This document shows, one piece after another, positions 37,401 to 49,910 of a DNA stretch of 64,000 nucleotides. The DNA comes from Podarcis bocagei (lineage: Eukaryota): NCBI GenBank assembly GCA_964188305.1, contig OZ076890.1, one strand, 5' to 3'. Positions within the stretch are counted from its first letter, which is position 1. The number at the start of each line of letters is the position of its first letter. Both the position numbers and the translations under genes were made by a program. The notes under the pieces are model-generated. The model was not told where the DNA came from, made no database searches, and worked only from the letters and a program-made list of their open reading frames with translations.

Positions 37401-38460
37401 TGTCTCTAATTGGAGCACTATATCTTGGGAACCTTCAGTTGCTCTAACAGCCCAGGATTTGTAGATATGTGATGATGAAGAACAAAAGAATGTCAGGTAT
37501 GAATTAGTCCACAAAGTCACAGACCTTTGCGCTTCATGAGTCAATAGCTTACATTGTCCTATGGTAACATTTGGAACTTGTTATGAAACTCACCACAGTA
37601 TTTGAAATAATTAGTTTTAAATCATCACATTTTTATGGCTCATTTTCTCAAGGATGCCTGCTCTACTACTTAATCAAGGAGGATTTTTTTTTATTAAACG
37701 TGAAATTGAATACTTTATTAATGGGTACTATTTTCAAAATGTGGACAGCTGACAATATTTTCTGTGTCTGAATCACTTAATAGGTTTACACAGAGTTAAA
37801 TCTTCCTTTGGTCTTCCATTAGCAGCAAGACTTTTGCTGGCTGGAGCATTCTCAGTTTAATTATATAGTGGCTCACTAGCACACAGAACCTCCACAAAAG
37901 CCAAATGATCATAGACAGCAACAAACGAACGCCATAATCTTAACAAGATTATCATAATAAGGAGTCATCAGAGAAATTAAAATTATCTACTTTAATTACA
38001 AAATTATAACCCCATTAACTCCTATGCGTGGAAAATGGGAATTAGGGAATAGGGAAGACGAACCTGTAGATTGCTATTTAACACTCTAGAGCAAATTGAA
38101 GAGGTGAGGGAGGAGGGACTCCCAGAATGGACTCAGCTATTTCAGGTAATGCATTTTGTAGCATGTTGGCTCTAGATTACTTTCTAACAGAAGATGATGG
38201 GAAAAGGAGGCTTCCACAAATCTTTTTTTTAAAAAAGGATTTAGAGTTCATGAAGCACAGCAGAAAAGCTGGCAACTTAAAAAGCAGGATGTTTCCTAGA
38301 TATGTTGTAAGTTGTGAATTAATCGTTACTGTAATAAGTCATCAGAACAATGCTGTCATTTCTGGGTAATGTATGGATTTTGCCAAAATGTTTCTAATAC
38401 TAAAAGTTCTGAAGCTACTCTTCTTATTGAAAGTTCGGTACAGGCATTCTTCCCTTCCTT

Positions 38461-38835
38461 AGAACATAAGAGGGGCCTTTGGGATCAGGCCAGTGATCCA
38501 TCTAGTCTATCATCCTGTTTTCACAGTTGTCAGCCAGATGCCTATGGGAAACCAGTGAGCAGAATCTGATCACAACGCCCTCCTGATCACTTCCCCACAC
38601 CCATGGTTTCCAGTAATTAGTACTGAGAAGCATTGATTCTCCCAGCTGTGAGAGGATCATCAATAGCCTTCCATGAATTTGTCTTTTAAAGCCTTCTGGG
38701 TTGGTTGCCATCACTGCCTCCACAGTGTGACTGTATGTTATGTGAAGAAATACTTTCTTACATCATGCAGCTTCAATAGGAGTTCTAGTGTTCTGAGAGA
38801 GGGATAAGTTTTCTCTATGCATTTTCCCCCATTCC
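38461..38835 (-). mobile_element. Old CR1 3' fragment (ATAAGAAC-tail type)
   Basis: agaacataaga...ggatcaggcc...ccatctagtc antisense tail. Confidence 0.7.
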
Positions 38836-39954
38836 ATTAACAAATAAACTAACAGGTCCAGGCTATCGCGCAAGGTGATTTCACAAACAAATGTCACTAT
38901 TTTTCCACTCTGTTTTCCTGTGCCCCCACATTCTTGGAAGTAGCCCCTGTGAAGAAAAAAGAAACAGAGCTATGGTTTTTGTTTGTTAGGAAAAAGAATA
39001 AATGGAAAAGAAGCAGGCCACCCCAATACTCTAAATCTGCTACTCACGCCCGGATCTCACAGTTAAAACTCAGTAAATGGTGTTATGTGACTTGGCAACA
39101 TGAGAGTTTGCTCCCATAGCACCCCAACTTGCCTCATGGTTTTGAGATGCATAGATGATGCAAATCCCTAATGTATCCACTAGCTCCACTTTTTGTCTTG
39201 CTGCCTGTAATACCTTATGAAACAGACTATATATTTCTTCATATTATGTTACCTGGATTTTACCTGCCTGTTCAGTAAGTTTTGTTCTGGTTCATCATGA
39301 GGTATTTTGTTGAATAAGCTAGGAATTTTCACATGGGTTTTTTAAAACTCTCCTATTAACCAGGTTCCACCTCCTCACCTACTGGCCGCGCCCACAACCC
39401 ATGCATTTTTCAAATCCTAAATTAGTAACATAGCAGCTATGTCTGATAGCAGACATTAGGTTTAGAAATGTTAATTGAGGTTAGTTGTGTTATATACATC
39501 AAACAAAATCACATCTGCAATGTTAGGTTTTTTTAAAAAAACACACAAAAACCTAGGAGCAAAATTAGCAGCTTGCTTGCTGTGACATATCTGTTTTATT
39601 AATGTTAAGTATTACAGAATGGCTATGCTAAATATAAGGTGATTTGTACCTTACAAAGATTAAATAAAAGAAAAAAATGAGCAAATTATTATATGCAGTG
39701 AAGCAAATGATTAAAATTTAATACAAATACAAATGCAATTGCATTTGTTTGTGTCATAAAACAAAAGATGATGCCATCTGGCAGACAAATCAACACTGAA
39801 ATCTGTTGAAGACAAAATTGTGTAGAATGGCAATCTTATTTTCACACAGACAGCTACAGAGGAAAGAGGAAAAAAAAATGTTGCAAGACATTCTAAAACT
39901 TAATCACCACCAGTAAAGATTCTTTTAGGATAAAAACTATCCATTTGCCAAGTA

Positions 39955-40185
39955 CACTGGTACCTCGGGTTACAGACGCTTCAGGTTACATTTGCTTCAG
40001 GTTACAGACTCTGCTAACCCAGAAATAGTACCTCGGATTAAGAACTTTGCTTCAGGATGAGAACAGAAATCTCATGGCGGCAGTGGGAGGCCCCATTAGC
40101 TAAAGTGGTACCTCAGGTTAAGAACAGTTTCAGGTTAAGAATGGACCTCCAGAACAGATTAAGTTCTTAACCGGAGGTACCACTG
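39955..40185. mobile_element. Tc1/pogo-like MITE (same family as 26240-26481, opposite orientation)
   Basis: TA-flanked TIRs; internal sequence is the reverse complement of the 26.2 kb copy. Confidence 0.92.
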
Positions 40186-40578
40186 TAGTAATTTATCACA
40201 GTATGGATGTAACCACCTGGGAATCTGGTCATCTGAGCCCTGAACATCTGGCACCTTTGGACAATTCTGTTCCTTCCCCATAGGAACACATTCGCCAAAC
40301 ACTCCTCTGCTGCAAGAAGGAGAGATGGACTCTCCCACAGGGGTCATGTGGGGTGATTTGCCCCATAGGGGAGATGAGGCTGTTGGAGCCCCCTCCGCAG
40401 CATGCCCCCCCTTCTCACTGAGACAGCCTAGGGAGGCTGCATGAGCATTCAGCTCAATCGAGACTTGGGCTTCTGTGTCCCCCCTTTCCTTGCATTGTGT
40501 GGGCCTTGGGTGGCCTTTCAAGGCCAACATTCCTCTTCATCGGCTGAAGGGGATCTGTGTGAAGAAGAGTAGCTCAGA

Positions 40579-41038
40579 TAGGGCTGCCACATGTCTGTAT
40601 TTTCCCAGACATGTCCTCTTTTGCGGGGCCAGCATGGCCCTCTGGATGAATTTTTGTATTTTATATGAAATGTCCAGATTTGTTGGTTCTATTTATTTAT
40701 TTATTTAATTTAATTTATTTATTTATTTATTTGGAAGCAGCAGCTGGTAGGTGTTCTGGTGGCTGCTAGGCCTTGCGGGGGGCTCCGCGGGCGGCACTTG
40801 GCCTGGTGGCGCTTCCAGCAGCCTTTCCTGGCACAACCTTCCTGGAACCACTCAGCTATCCATCGTCCGGAGAGCAGGAGGCAGAAGACAGCAAAGGTCA
40901 GAGAGGGGAGGGAAGGAGGGAGCGCGGAAGGGGTCAGCGGCAGGGAGGGGCAAGCAAGTGAGATGCGGGCTGGTGGGCGTGGGGTGTGTGTGCCCCAAAC
41001 ACGTCCGGGTTTGGGGGCTTCGGAATATGGCAACCCTG
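40579..41038. mobile_element. hAT MITE (TAGGGTTGCCA-type)
   Basis: TIRs tagggctgccacat / atatggcaaccctg; perfect 8-bp TSD agctcaga. Confidence 0.9.
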
Positions 41039-41230
41039 AGCTCAGAAACAGTCACCTTCACACCTTCTCTGAACCTGCTCACTCCCCGCTGTCATTTCTG
41101 TGCCTTGACCACAGTTTCTAGGACCCCCCCCTTATCAGAAAACCCCCTTTTTTTGGCTGCTTTGGTAGCAGTGAGCCATTCACTGCCCCAGGTGACTCTT
41201 CTGCACAGCAGTTCAAATAGTTCAGTCCAA

Positions 41231-41967
41231 CGGTGGCATAGCTAGGGCTTTTGCTGCCCACTGAGTTTCCCACCCCTCTCGCTGTTCCTCATCTGGGAGC
41301 TCCACCCCCGGCATGCCAAGTGTGGCCACGCAAATCTCAGCAGCCTGCGGGGTGGTCCCTCCTTAGGATGCAGGAGTGGCAGGTTAGGATCAAGTGCTGA
41401 CTCCTCTCCATCATCAGCAACAGACCACATAAGAGTCCCAAGACGGAGCACGGTGGAGGTTGAACTGGGCAAGCAAAGGATCCAAAGGAGGCCATTGCTG
41501 CCAGCACAGCAAGGAAAGACAAGGGAGGGAGCCGCCCAATGGCTCCCCCCCCCACTCCCCAGGCACACATTCACCCTACTGGCCAACTTTCCCATTTGCC
41601 CTTCCTTCTCTCCACAATGCCCATTTCACCTTCAGCGCCCCCTTCTCACAGCCCCCTTCTCTTGCCAGGGCCAAGAAGCATCTGTGGCTTTCTGCAAGGC
41701 TCCTCTGCTATCTTACCTCACTTCAGGACCTGCCCCCCTGATTTTGCCTCTCAAATGGGGTGGGCAGAGGAAGCGGCAGAGGGGGAGGCTGTGATCTCCT
41801 TTCCCGCAGCGATGTTCCTTGCTCGCCCATTCCCTTTAAATGCAATGGGATTATGAGCATTTACCGCTCACTTCCAAATCTTCTGCGGAGGTGTCTCCCC
41901 ACAAAAGTGCCACAAAAGCATCACCTGGAGCAGCCTGGCCCTCTGCCCCTTCCTAGCTACGCTTGTG
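41231..41967. mobile_element. Possible older hAT element (CAGTGGCGTAGC-type)
   Basis: cggtggcatagctagg / cctagctacgcttgtg; TSD not clean. Confidence 0.45.
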
Positions 41968-43889
41968 TCAGTTGGTAGGGGGCTGCAGTTGGAAAGCTAG
42001 AGTCTGAGACTTTGTGGAACAAGTCCCCCGCCCCATCTTTATAATAATAAGAGTAATGATTAAGAGTTCTCTTCTTTGCTGATCATCTTTGTATTTGTGA
42101 GCATCATTGGAGCTTACTTGTTTGGTCAAAATGGCTGCCTTTCCTATTCTCAGATCATTTCCCTCTCAGCCCTTGCTGTGGTTCTGTTTCAAAACACCAT
42201 CCATTTACTGCTCCCACTGGTGGTGAACAATTAGTTGAGTTAACTTCTTAAAAAAAGTTGGTTAAGGGGTTCCTAGGCAATGCTGAATGAGATAGACCTT
42301 AGTATTGCTGTGTATTGGATCAATACTGAGCTAGACAGATTTTCCCCAGGTTCCTTCCATATGAGGTGATGTCACAATTGTGTCCATAATGCCTTAATAC
42401 ACGTTAGTCACTGTCACTTGCTTCAATCATCACATGAAAAATACACACATCACACGTGCAGAGCAAGTAACTTATTAACAAAGCAAATTGCAACTTTCTG
42501 CCTCCCAATAAAAATAAGCTTTATATTCATTTTTTCCTGAATCATGAGCATCCCAACTTCCCTAAGGAATATGCACAAATCATCCTCACATTAAGTGCTT
42601 TAACCATAATGAAAGCTGATATGAAAGCTGATGCAGCTGATACACACTTGGAAGAAAAAAAATGCCAGCAAGCTGACAAAAACAGATTAAAAGAGTAAAC
42701 TTCAGAAGTGCAATAGTGAGAAGCAAATTTAAGACAAGTGTGTGTGTGTGTTGTTGTTGTTGTTGTTGTTTTTTAAATCGAATCGTGTGCCAGATATGAA
42801 ACATGAAGATAAGTGACAAGTACAGTTATTAAACTGCCACCAATGGAGATAGCATCACGATGATCAAAAGACTACTGGGAAAATATAAACAAAACAACTG
42901 CATCCTGAAATACACAATGTAAGTTCCTCTGCTGCAAACTCAGAATCTGCCTTTGGTTTCATAGCACATCTACAGATAGTAGAAGCGGCAACTTTATCAA
43001 GCCAGAGTGTCTTTGCCAGCAGCAAGGAGAGCAGCAATTGCAGAACACAAGCGGGAGATGAAAAGGAAGCAAAATGGAAACACCTTCAAAAATATCCCAT
43101 GGAAGTATATAGAAAAAATAGAACCATGACATGCACAATTTGCAAGGATAAGTATAAAGCAAAGGTCACAGTGTGCCCATGCCCTTATAATGGCATTGAT
43201 GATTTAGCAACTAGCATGTGAAGCTAATTAATGTTGCTACATTAGAACAATGTTACCTATACTTTCAACTTACCTATCTGCACTCTGTCAAGAGATCTAT
43301 CCATCATGTCAAAAAACTCAGAATAAAAGATGCTATCTCTCATTAAGTCTCTGCTTTCAATTTTCCAAATGACTCCCCTACCATTGCCTCAGAATGTAAT
43401 AACCTAATATTTAGGTTTAAGCCAGTCTGTTCCAGAGCAGATGGCTAAAATCCTATCTCTAAATAAGTTCAGGATAGTGATATGAGGCATATCCCCAACT
43501 AGTATATCACACTTCTGCTGCTTCTCTTACCTAGAGGCATCAGAGGGCTATTTTACACATTCATGGACAACTAATGACTAGCATAGTGAATAACTGAAGG
43601 TGTATCACATGGAAACTTGCTGCAAACTGCCTTGAGATCTATAGGTATAGGATGGTATAGGCAGAGCAGGTTGTTTGCAGGTCAGAGAAAGAGAGATGCT
43701 TAGCTAACTTGCAGTTTGTTTTGCTTTCCTTAATAAAGAAACTAAGAACTCAAGGAGACTCCTAAAGTCAAACCTATCTAAATGAAGCAGTTGTTTCAAC
43801 TGGCTTGCAGCCCCTCCTTCACTCTCTAGCTCTCTGCGCCAGGTCCCTCCCTCTGTTATTGTTTGTGGGCCCACGCCCTAATCCTGTCT

Positions 43890-44695
43890 GTGGTGCCCAC
43901 CCCTTACCCCAAATGATGAGACATGAGACCAGAGTATGGGTTCAAATTGTCCACAACTTTATTAAACTTCAGAAGTGGGAAACTTGGCACAGGCCTTGGC
44001 AGGTAACCCTCTCAGCCCGCCTGGCTGAGGATATGCAGGCAGATGAGGTCCAGTGAGAGGGGACTGCAAAGCGCAAACTTACACAGCATTTCCTTCCACC
44101 GACCTTGTCCCGGGAGTTTGACCTACATTCTGCCACTCTAGGGCCAGACACGGTTTTTTTCCTTCAACAGGCCCTGCATGCGCCGCCGCATGGGGAGGGA
44201 GCATGAATGCATCCCCCCTGACTTGATGTTAGACTAAAGGATACTTTGCCAAGGCCTAAAAACTGCCAAAGTTGTGACGAAATGCTACAGGGAAGGCAAA
44301 ACCTGCCAATGCAGGGAAAATTCCTTCCCGGTTCTGAATACAGCAAACATCTTACGACCTCAGCAGCGCCTGTAGATCTGGAACACAAAATATTAACCTG
44401 TAAGGAAAGAATTATTAACTTGATGATCACTGACCTAGGATGAAATTATGGAGGCAAGAAATTATTAATTTGAGGGAGGGTGGGTGGGTGATCCTGGAAG
44501 GCAGATCAGCAAAAGAGGCTTGAGCCATCCTCTTTTCTTTTGGCCTTAGGCCCACCCCCGGCCGGCCGTCCATTGTCCTCCCTGGCCGAGGGCAGGTCAA
44601 AGGCCGGCTCAAGCAGGTAGGTGGCACCTGCCCAGGTGAGCCCCGCTCGGTGCCGCAAACCCCGCCTACCTGTGGGGAAGGGAGGGTGGATATTG
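43890..44695 (-). mobile_element. Non-coding structured element, copy C
   Basis: Minus strand core gggaaggaatttt...attggc...ttttgccttccc...tcacaactttg...taggccttggca and aataaagttgtgg; weak terminal inverted repeat; boundaries approximate. Confidence 0.72.
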
Positions 44696-45093
44696 CTATG
44701 GTGAGCCCCTGCAGACTCCCTCTGTGTCTGCCTGGCTTGCTGCTTCATTCTAGGAGTGAGGGGTGGCGGCAAGCTGTCAACAGAGAAGCTGTTAGACTGG
44801 CTCTGAGGGAGAACTGCAGGTTTTACATCTCCTCTGTCATTGCTGTCGGCGCCTTCACCCAAACAGGAAACCTCACCACCCTGCCCTGTGCTGGGGCACC
44901 TGCCTGCTTCCATCTCTCCACTATCTGTCAAGATCCCTGCTTCTGGGACTTCCCAGCTTTCCCCCTCCTTTGAGGTGTGGCCAGTGTCCCACCACCCACC
45001 TCCAGGCTCAAAGTCCTCTTCTTCTGTGCCTTCCCTGGTGGGGTCTTGTCCAGTGGCTTCCACTAATCTTCCTCATCCAGCCAGTCCCTGACA
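44696..45093 (-). mobile_element. LTR-like fragment starting TGTCAGGG
   Basis: TG start at 45093 on the minus strand, purine-rich, abuts copy C; no TSD found. Confidence 0.4.
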
Positions 45094-46079
45094 ATAAATA
45101 ATAATATAAAAACAACTTTCATATTAGCCAACATTACCTGAGATGAAGTTCTGTTGTTTCTTTAGCATGGAGTTGAGTACGTAGTAATAAAATAAAATAT
45201 AAGACATGAGCAGAGCAATCTTAAGTATAGGAAGTTGGTAGAACTTACACCAGCTTCACTTAAGCCTGACATGTAATATCTCATGGTTCATTATCTACCA
45301 TACGGTTTGTGTCTGATCAGAGGACTCGCCTGCAGATGGATCTGGGGGGAAATAAATAAAAGTAAACCATCCTCTGAATCCCCAGTTTACCAGCCACCAC
45401 TGAATAGCAGGGGAAGTTCAAGCCAGGGTTCTGGTAGAACCTTATTGTAGAGCAAGATGAAGACCAGGAATTCAGATGCCTCTTCTGAGCAAGTTCTTCA
45501 GAAATAGGAGTGTTGTAGGTGAGGCAAATGTTATGCCCTTTAGAGCCAGAGGAGGGCTCGCAGGACTTCAGAGACACAGGGAGCCCAAAGAAGGCTGCCC
45601 ACACCACCCGGTTGACCAGGTCTTAGTAGTTTATTAAAGGAAAAGTGCAAACTCACAACAAAGGTCCAACAGCTCACCCCTGCATGCGCCAGACTCCACA
45701 GTGAGGAGCTGGCTTGTCTGCACCCTGGCAATGGGGAATATGCTTTTTATACAGAGAAGCATACAGGCAGTTGAGATCTCAACCACTTCCTGGGTTCTCC
45801 ACAAATGGCTGATATTGCATACCACTCTAACTGGGCCTGGAGCCTAGTACCCCACACCCAAAGGTAAGGGTAACTCTGAGCTCTGAGCAGGCCGATTAGC
45901 ATGCTTCAAAGGCCTTCCCAAGTTCGTTGCGTGTAAGCTTAGTGCTACAGCTGCCACCAATTGTGAGGTTATCTTGAGTATACAGCTGGTACTAGCAGAG
46001 CTCTTGCAGCAAATCACCTGTGGTTCAACACTGGCGCACAATGCTGAATGCTGAAAGACATGCAGAACAGAAACTTTAA

Positions 46080-46620
46080 TCATTTCAACAAGCTGCTGCA
46101 AAATGCCTTAAGTTGGAAAGTGTTGTGTGCCAGAGCCTTCTCAGGCAAAGATGGTGTATGTGCAGATGAAGCATGTCAACAGTGGCAAGTAATTTTTGAA
46201 GGGCTCCATCTCCCACATGGGAGTGCTTTAGGATGTTCAGTGGCTGTGCATCTTTGCCAGCTGTTGTCCATTGCTTCTGGCATGGTGCAAAACCCTCTGG
46301 GAGCAATCACAGCTCTCTCACCACACTCAATGCAAACTCAAAGAACTGTGTCCCTTCATGGTCTTCAAGTACAGCAATACAGATGGTTAAAGAGGCTGTT
46401 GTAGCACACTCTTACGCTCTTCAGCAATTGAGGAGCGTTTTGCTGCCAAAGTACCAATAATTGAATGTTTCTCACTATAGCAGGTTCTAACCTTATCTAT
46501 GAGATTCTCAGTTCAAGCACTGGAGTCCCAAGCAGACGAAATATATCCCAAGATTATTTCTGCGACAATGACAAGGACACAATCTATTGTGCAACTGTGC
46601 AAGAAAGAGCAGTGATGTCA
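46080..46620 (+). mobile_element. Possible decayed DIRS tyrosine-recombinase relic
   Basis: Broken frames K*FLKG / PSPTW and RWLK / VAHSYAL resemble DIRS YR segments. Confidence 0.28.
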
Positions 46621-46886
46621 GATTCAGAATTACCTGGTTTGGAATATAAATGTGTCCAGTTTGTTTTACTCTGTTTTTGTAGCAGTATAATGCCATTTCC
46701 TCCCAAGTCTTTTTTCTAGCTCAGAAAGTTGTGTTTTCCTGCTTTCAGTGCGGGGAGATTTGCTTCACAAACACCCCCATCCCATTCAGAGGAAAGAGAC
46801 TTAAGGCGGTCTCTTCCTTTGGGAGGGGCCTGGAGCCATGTGGGACTGAATGTCCAACTGGGGGGGACAGCCTAGCCTGACATTTA

Positions 46887-47137
46887 AAGAAGAAGAAGAA
46901 GAGTTTGGATTTGATATCCTGCTTTTCACTCCCTTTAAGGAGTCTCAAAACAGCTAACATTCTCCTTTCCCTTCCTCCCCCACAACAAACACTCTGTGAG
47001 GTGAGTGGGGCTGAGAGACTTCAAAGAAGTGTGACTGGCCCAAGGTCACCCAGCAGCTGCATGTGGAGGAGCGGAGACGCGCACCCGGTTCCCCAGATTA
47101 CGAGACTACCGCTCTTAACCACTACACCACACTGGCT
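46887..47137 (-). mobile_element. Squam3-like CORE-SINE
   Basis: Minus head agccagtgtggtgtagtggttaagagcggt, CORE gggtgaccttgggccagtcac...ctcagccccactcacctcacag, (TTC)n tail. Confidence 0.9.
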
Positions 47138-47762
47138 GCTTTGCCTCCTCTTTTCCCTCCATTTGCCTTTGGCTGCAACCTCCCTCCCTCTTTATAGTGT
47201 GGGCTTCAGGTAGTTGCTTTTTATGGGGTTGTCGGGATTTTGTGGACAATCCTATTTGGCACTTGGGGCTCCCTGTTTTTGTGTACTTCACACCATAGAG
47301 CATTTGGTGTTGATTTGGCATTCTTTGGCATTCAGTGCGAGCAGGTAAGGACAGGTGAGACTTTAATTCATTCACACCCTGAGGCACCATTGTGATAGTT
47401 GGACCGTGGGGTCCAGGTGGGGTCAGGTGAGCAGGTTTGGCATCAGTTATCCAAGGCTCTCTTAGCAAGGAGAGAGACCTGGACTGGGGAGCAAATAGCA
47501 TTCTAGTTTGCATGCCCAGGCATGGTGAGGAATGTTTCTGCCTTATGATACCATTGATTCCCTCTGCTTGCACTGTGTTATGTGGCTATTTGGCAGATTC
47601 TGTCATTTGTTATATTTTCATAAATGTAACCTTTTAAACCACTGAATAAGTTGCCCCAAGTCCTCTTTCTGGGTGTGGGGGCAATTTTTGCACACCTGCA
47701 GGCAGCATTCAGCAGATTGGGGAGCCCAAGCCAGCTGTGTTGCTTTTCTTTTGTTTGCATCT

Positions 47763-47896
47763 TTAGGTTACCAGATCCGCCCCCCCCCCCCCGCAATGAA
47801 TCCAGGGACACTTTTCAACTTCAGTGGATTTTGTATGGGGACTGATTTGTAAATGCAGGGACCGCCCCCAGGAAACGAGGACGTCTGGTAACCTTA
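47763..47896. mobile_element. Short hAT MITE (GGTTACCAGA-type)
   Basis: TIRs ttaggttaccagat / gtctggtaacctta; TSD ttgcatct / ttgtatct. Confidence 0.85.
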
Positions 47897-48534
47897 TTGT
47901 ATCTCCTCTTTGAGTCAATTCTCTCAGTTGTTTCCTGTCATCCGGGGTGTGTTTGTTTTTAGAGGGGAGATGGAGTCTAACTTCCAACTTGCTCTCTGTT
48001 ATATAGCTGGAGCTGGGAAGTACTACTCCCAAAGACCAACATGACAATGTGCAGGGCACATGACAACATCTGCAGGCTTGTGCCAACAATTTGAACTGGG
48101 AGAGAACTCCCAGAAAACAAACACTTGCCAAGAAAGCTTGTAATTGCCAAGCTGATTAATAATTGTGCCAGAAATTGGCCTGTTACTTTGCAAGGGAAAA
48201 TGTTTAACTTCTTGACAGTTTTAAAAATAAAAAATACAAGTACTTTATTTCAGTTACTAGTATACAATCACCACAGTAGAGAAAAGCGAGATAAATTTGT
48301 ACTTTATCCATTTTATCTTTCCCAGTGTTGAATGATCATTATAAAAATAATGTTCCATTAATATGTCATCTCATCATCCATTTCTTAAGCTCACACTATC
48401 ACTTAGCTTTAGTTATTCACCTGTACCAGTTTACCATTGCAGTGAAAATTCAGCAAAATGTTTGTATATTCAATGAGTGTTCAGTGAACAGAATATGAGA
48501 GGAGAATTTTGGTAAGAAAAAATAGGTGCAAATT

Positions 48535-48640
48535 CATAGAATCATAGAATGGCAGATTTGGAAGGGATCTAGTCCACAGCCATCTCTGAGTGGGCTCAAA
48601 CCAGCGTCTGGTTAACAGCCAGATGCCCCAACCTGCTGCA
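48535..48640 (-). mobile_element. SINE with tRNA-Asn(GUU)-like head and CR1 tail
   Basis: Minus strand ggctgttaaccaga...ggtttgagcccactcagagatgg then ggactagatcccttccaa...attctatgattctatg. Confidence 0.65.
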
Positions 48641-49169
48641 GTTATTTCACCTCTCTCAGCCCACTAACCCTAGCCTACTAAGAGCACCACAGTTTGTTGT
48701 TAGGGCAGCTTACTCTGATCTTGTAAGTCACTCTGGGATTCATTTTAGCTAGAGTGAAGTAAACATGGTTGAAAGAGATTTGAGATGACCCCAGCCCATC
48801 ACACTCTCTCCCCACCCCACCCCACCCCACCCCAGCAATGTAGAAATAAACTTTCTGATATTAATGAGGAAGAGTAACTATGGTTGACATTCTTCTTTCT
48901 TAGTCTGCCTGACATTTTGTAAATCTTTTAATGTTAATGTCCAATGACCTCACACCAAATGAAGTGGATTAATAGCTGTTAAGGACCATCCAGACTGCTG
49001 ATGATTAGGAGTGTATGGAGCAACATGTCACTGATTCATACTGGACTATCCAAACATCCTCTGGCCTCACCAGATGTTTTGTGATGCTTCTCCAATCCTC
49101 TCATACTTGTTGCTCTCAGTCTACCCTTTCCATTGTCCATGTTCTTACCTCCCCCCAATGGGGCATAAT

Positions 49170-49350
49170 AATTAGAATGTTGGAGACCAGGGTTTGACTC
49201 CCCACTCAGCCATGAAGCTCCCTGGGTTACATTGGGCCAGTCACCATCTCTTACCCTAACCTGCCTCACAGGGGTGCTGTGAGGATGACATGGGGAGGAG
49301 GAGAACCATGTGTACCACACTGAGTTACTTGGAAGAGAATAAATAAATAA
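49170..49350 (+). mobile_element. MIR-like CORE-SINE
   Basis: cagggtttgactcccc B box, ttgggccagtcacc...cctaacctgcctcacaggg, (TAAA)n tail. Confidence 0.8.
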
Positions 49351-49388
49351 GTAAATAGTGCAAGTTGGTTTCACAATAAGGCCATAGC

Positions 49389-49910
49389 CATAGCCGTCAA
49401 CTTACAGATTTGAAAATAAGGGACCAGCAGCCTCAAAAATAAGGGATCAGCAGCCAAAATAAGGGATTTTCCCAGCACAGATATGTTCAACCTCTGAGGC
49501 CCTCCGAGCCAAAGGCAGAAAGCCCAGCCAGCAGCCAAACGAAGCCTCAAGTGGTGGTTCCCACAGCGCAGCAACCCAGTAAAGGGGATGCAGCAAGGAA
49601 AACCACCGTCACCTCTCCGCTGGGAAGCGCTGAGCAAAGGCGAGTCCCCAGGCAATGCGGCCGATTTGATCGGCACAAGGCATGCAAGTTCTACCCCCTA
49701 GTCGTTCTTAGACTCCTTATTGGGTGAGCAACGCAGCCAAGCAACACAGTTGGAGCCTCCCTCCTCCCTGGCTGGCAGGGAGGGAGGGAGAGGAGATGCT
49801 TCCTTTGAAACCTGGGAAATTTAAAGGACATCATCAATAAGGCACAGCAGCGGGACACGGCGCTGGGATAAGGGACTTTCCCGCCAAATAAGGGACGGTT
49901 GATAGCTATG
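49389..49910. mobile_element. hAT-type MITE with repeated AAATAAGGGA motifs
   Basis: TIRs catagccgtcaac / gttgatagctatg; perfect 8-bp TSD gccatagc. Confidence 0.9.

Noticed and set aside
40700-41980. Cluster of overlapping ORFs
   Set aside because: GC-rich MITE interiors; no recognisable domains
42979-43104. Possible exon (ctacag...gtatat, open frame IVEAATLSS...)
   Set aside because: Weak splice signals and no recognisable protein
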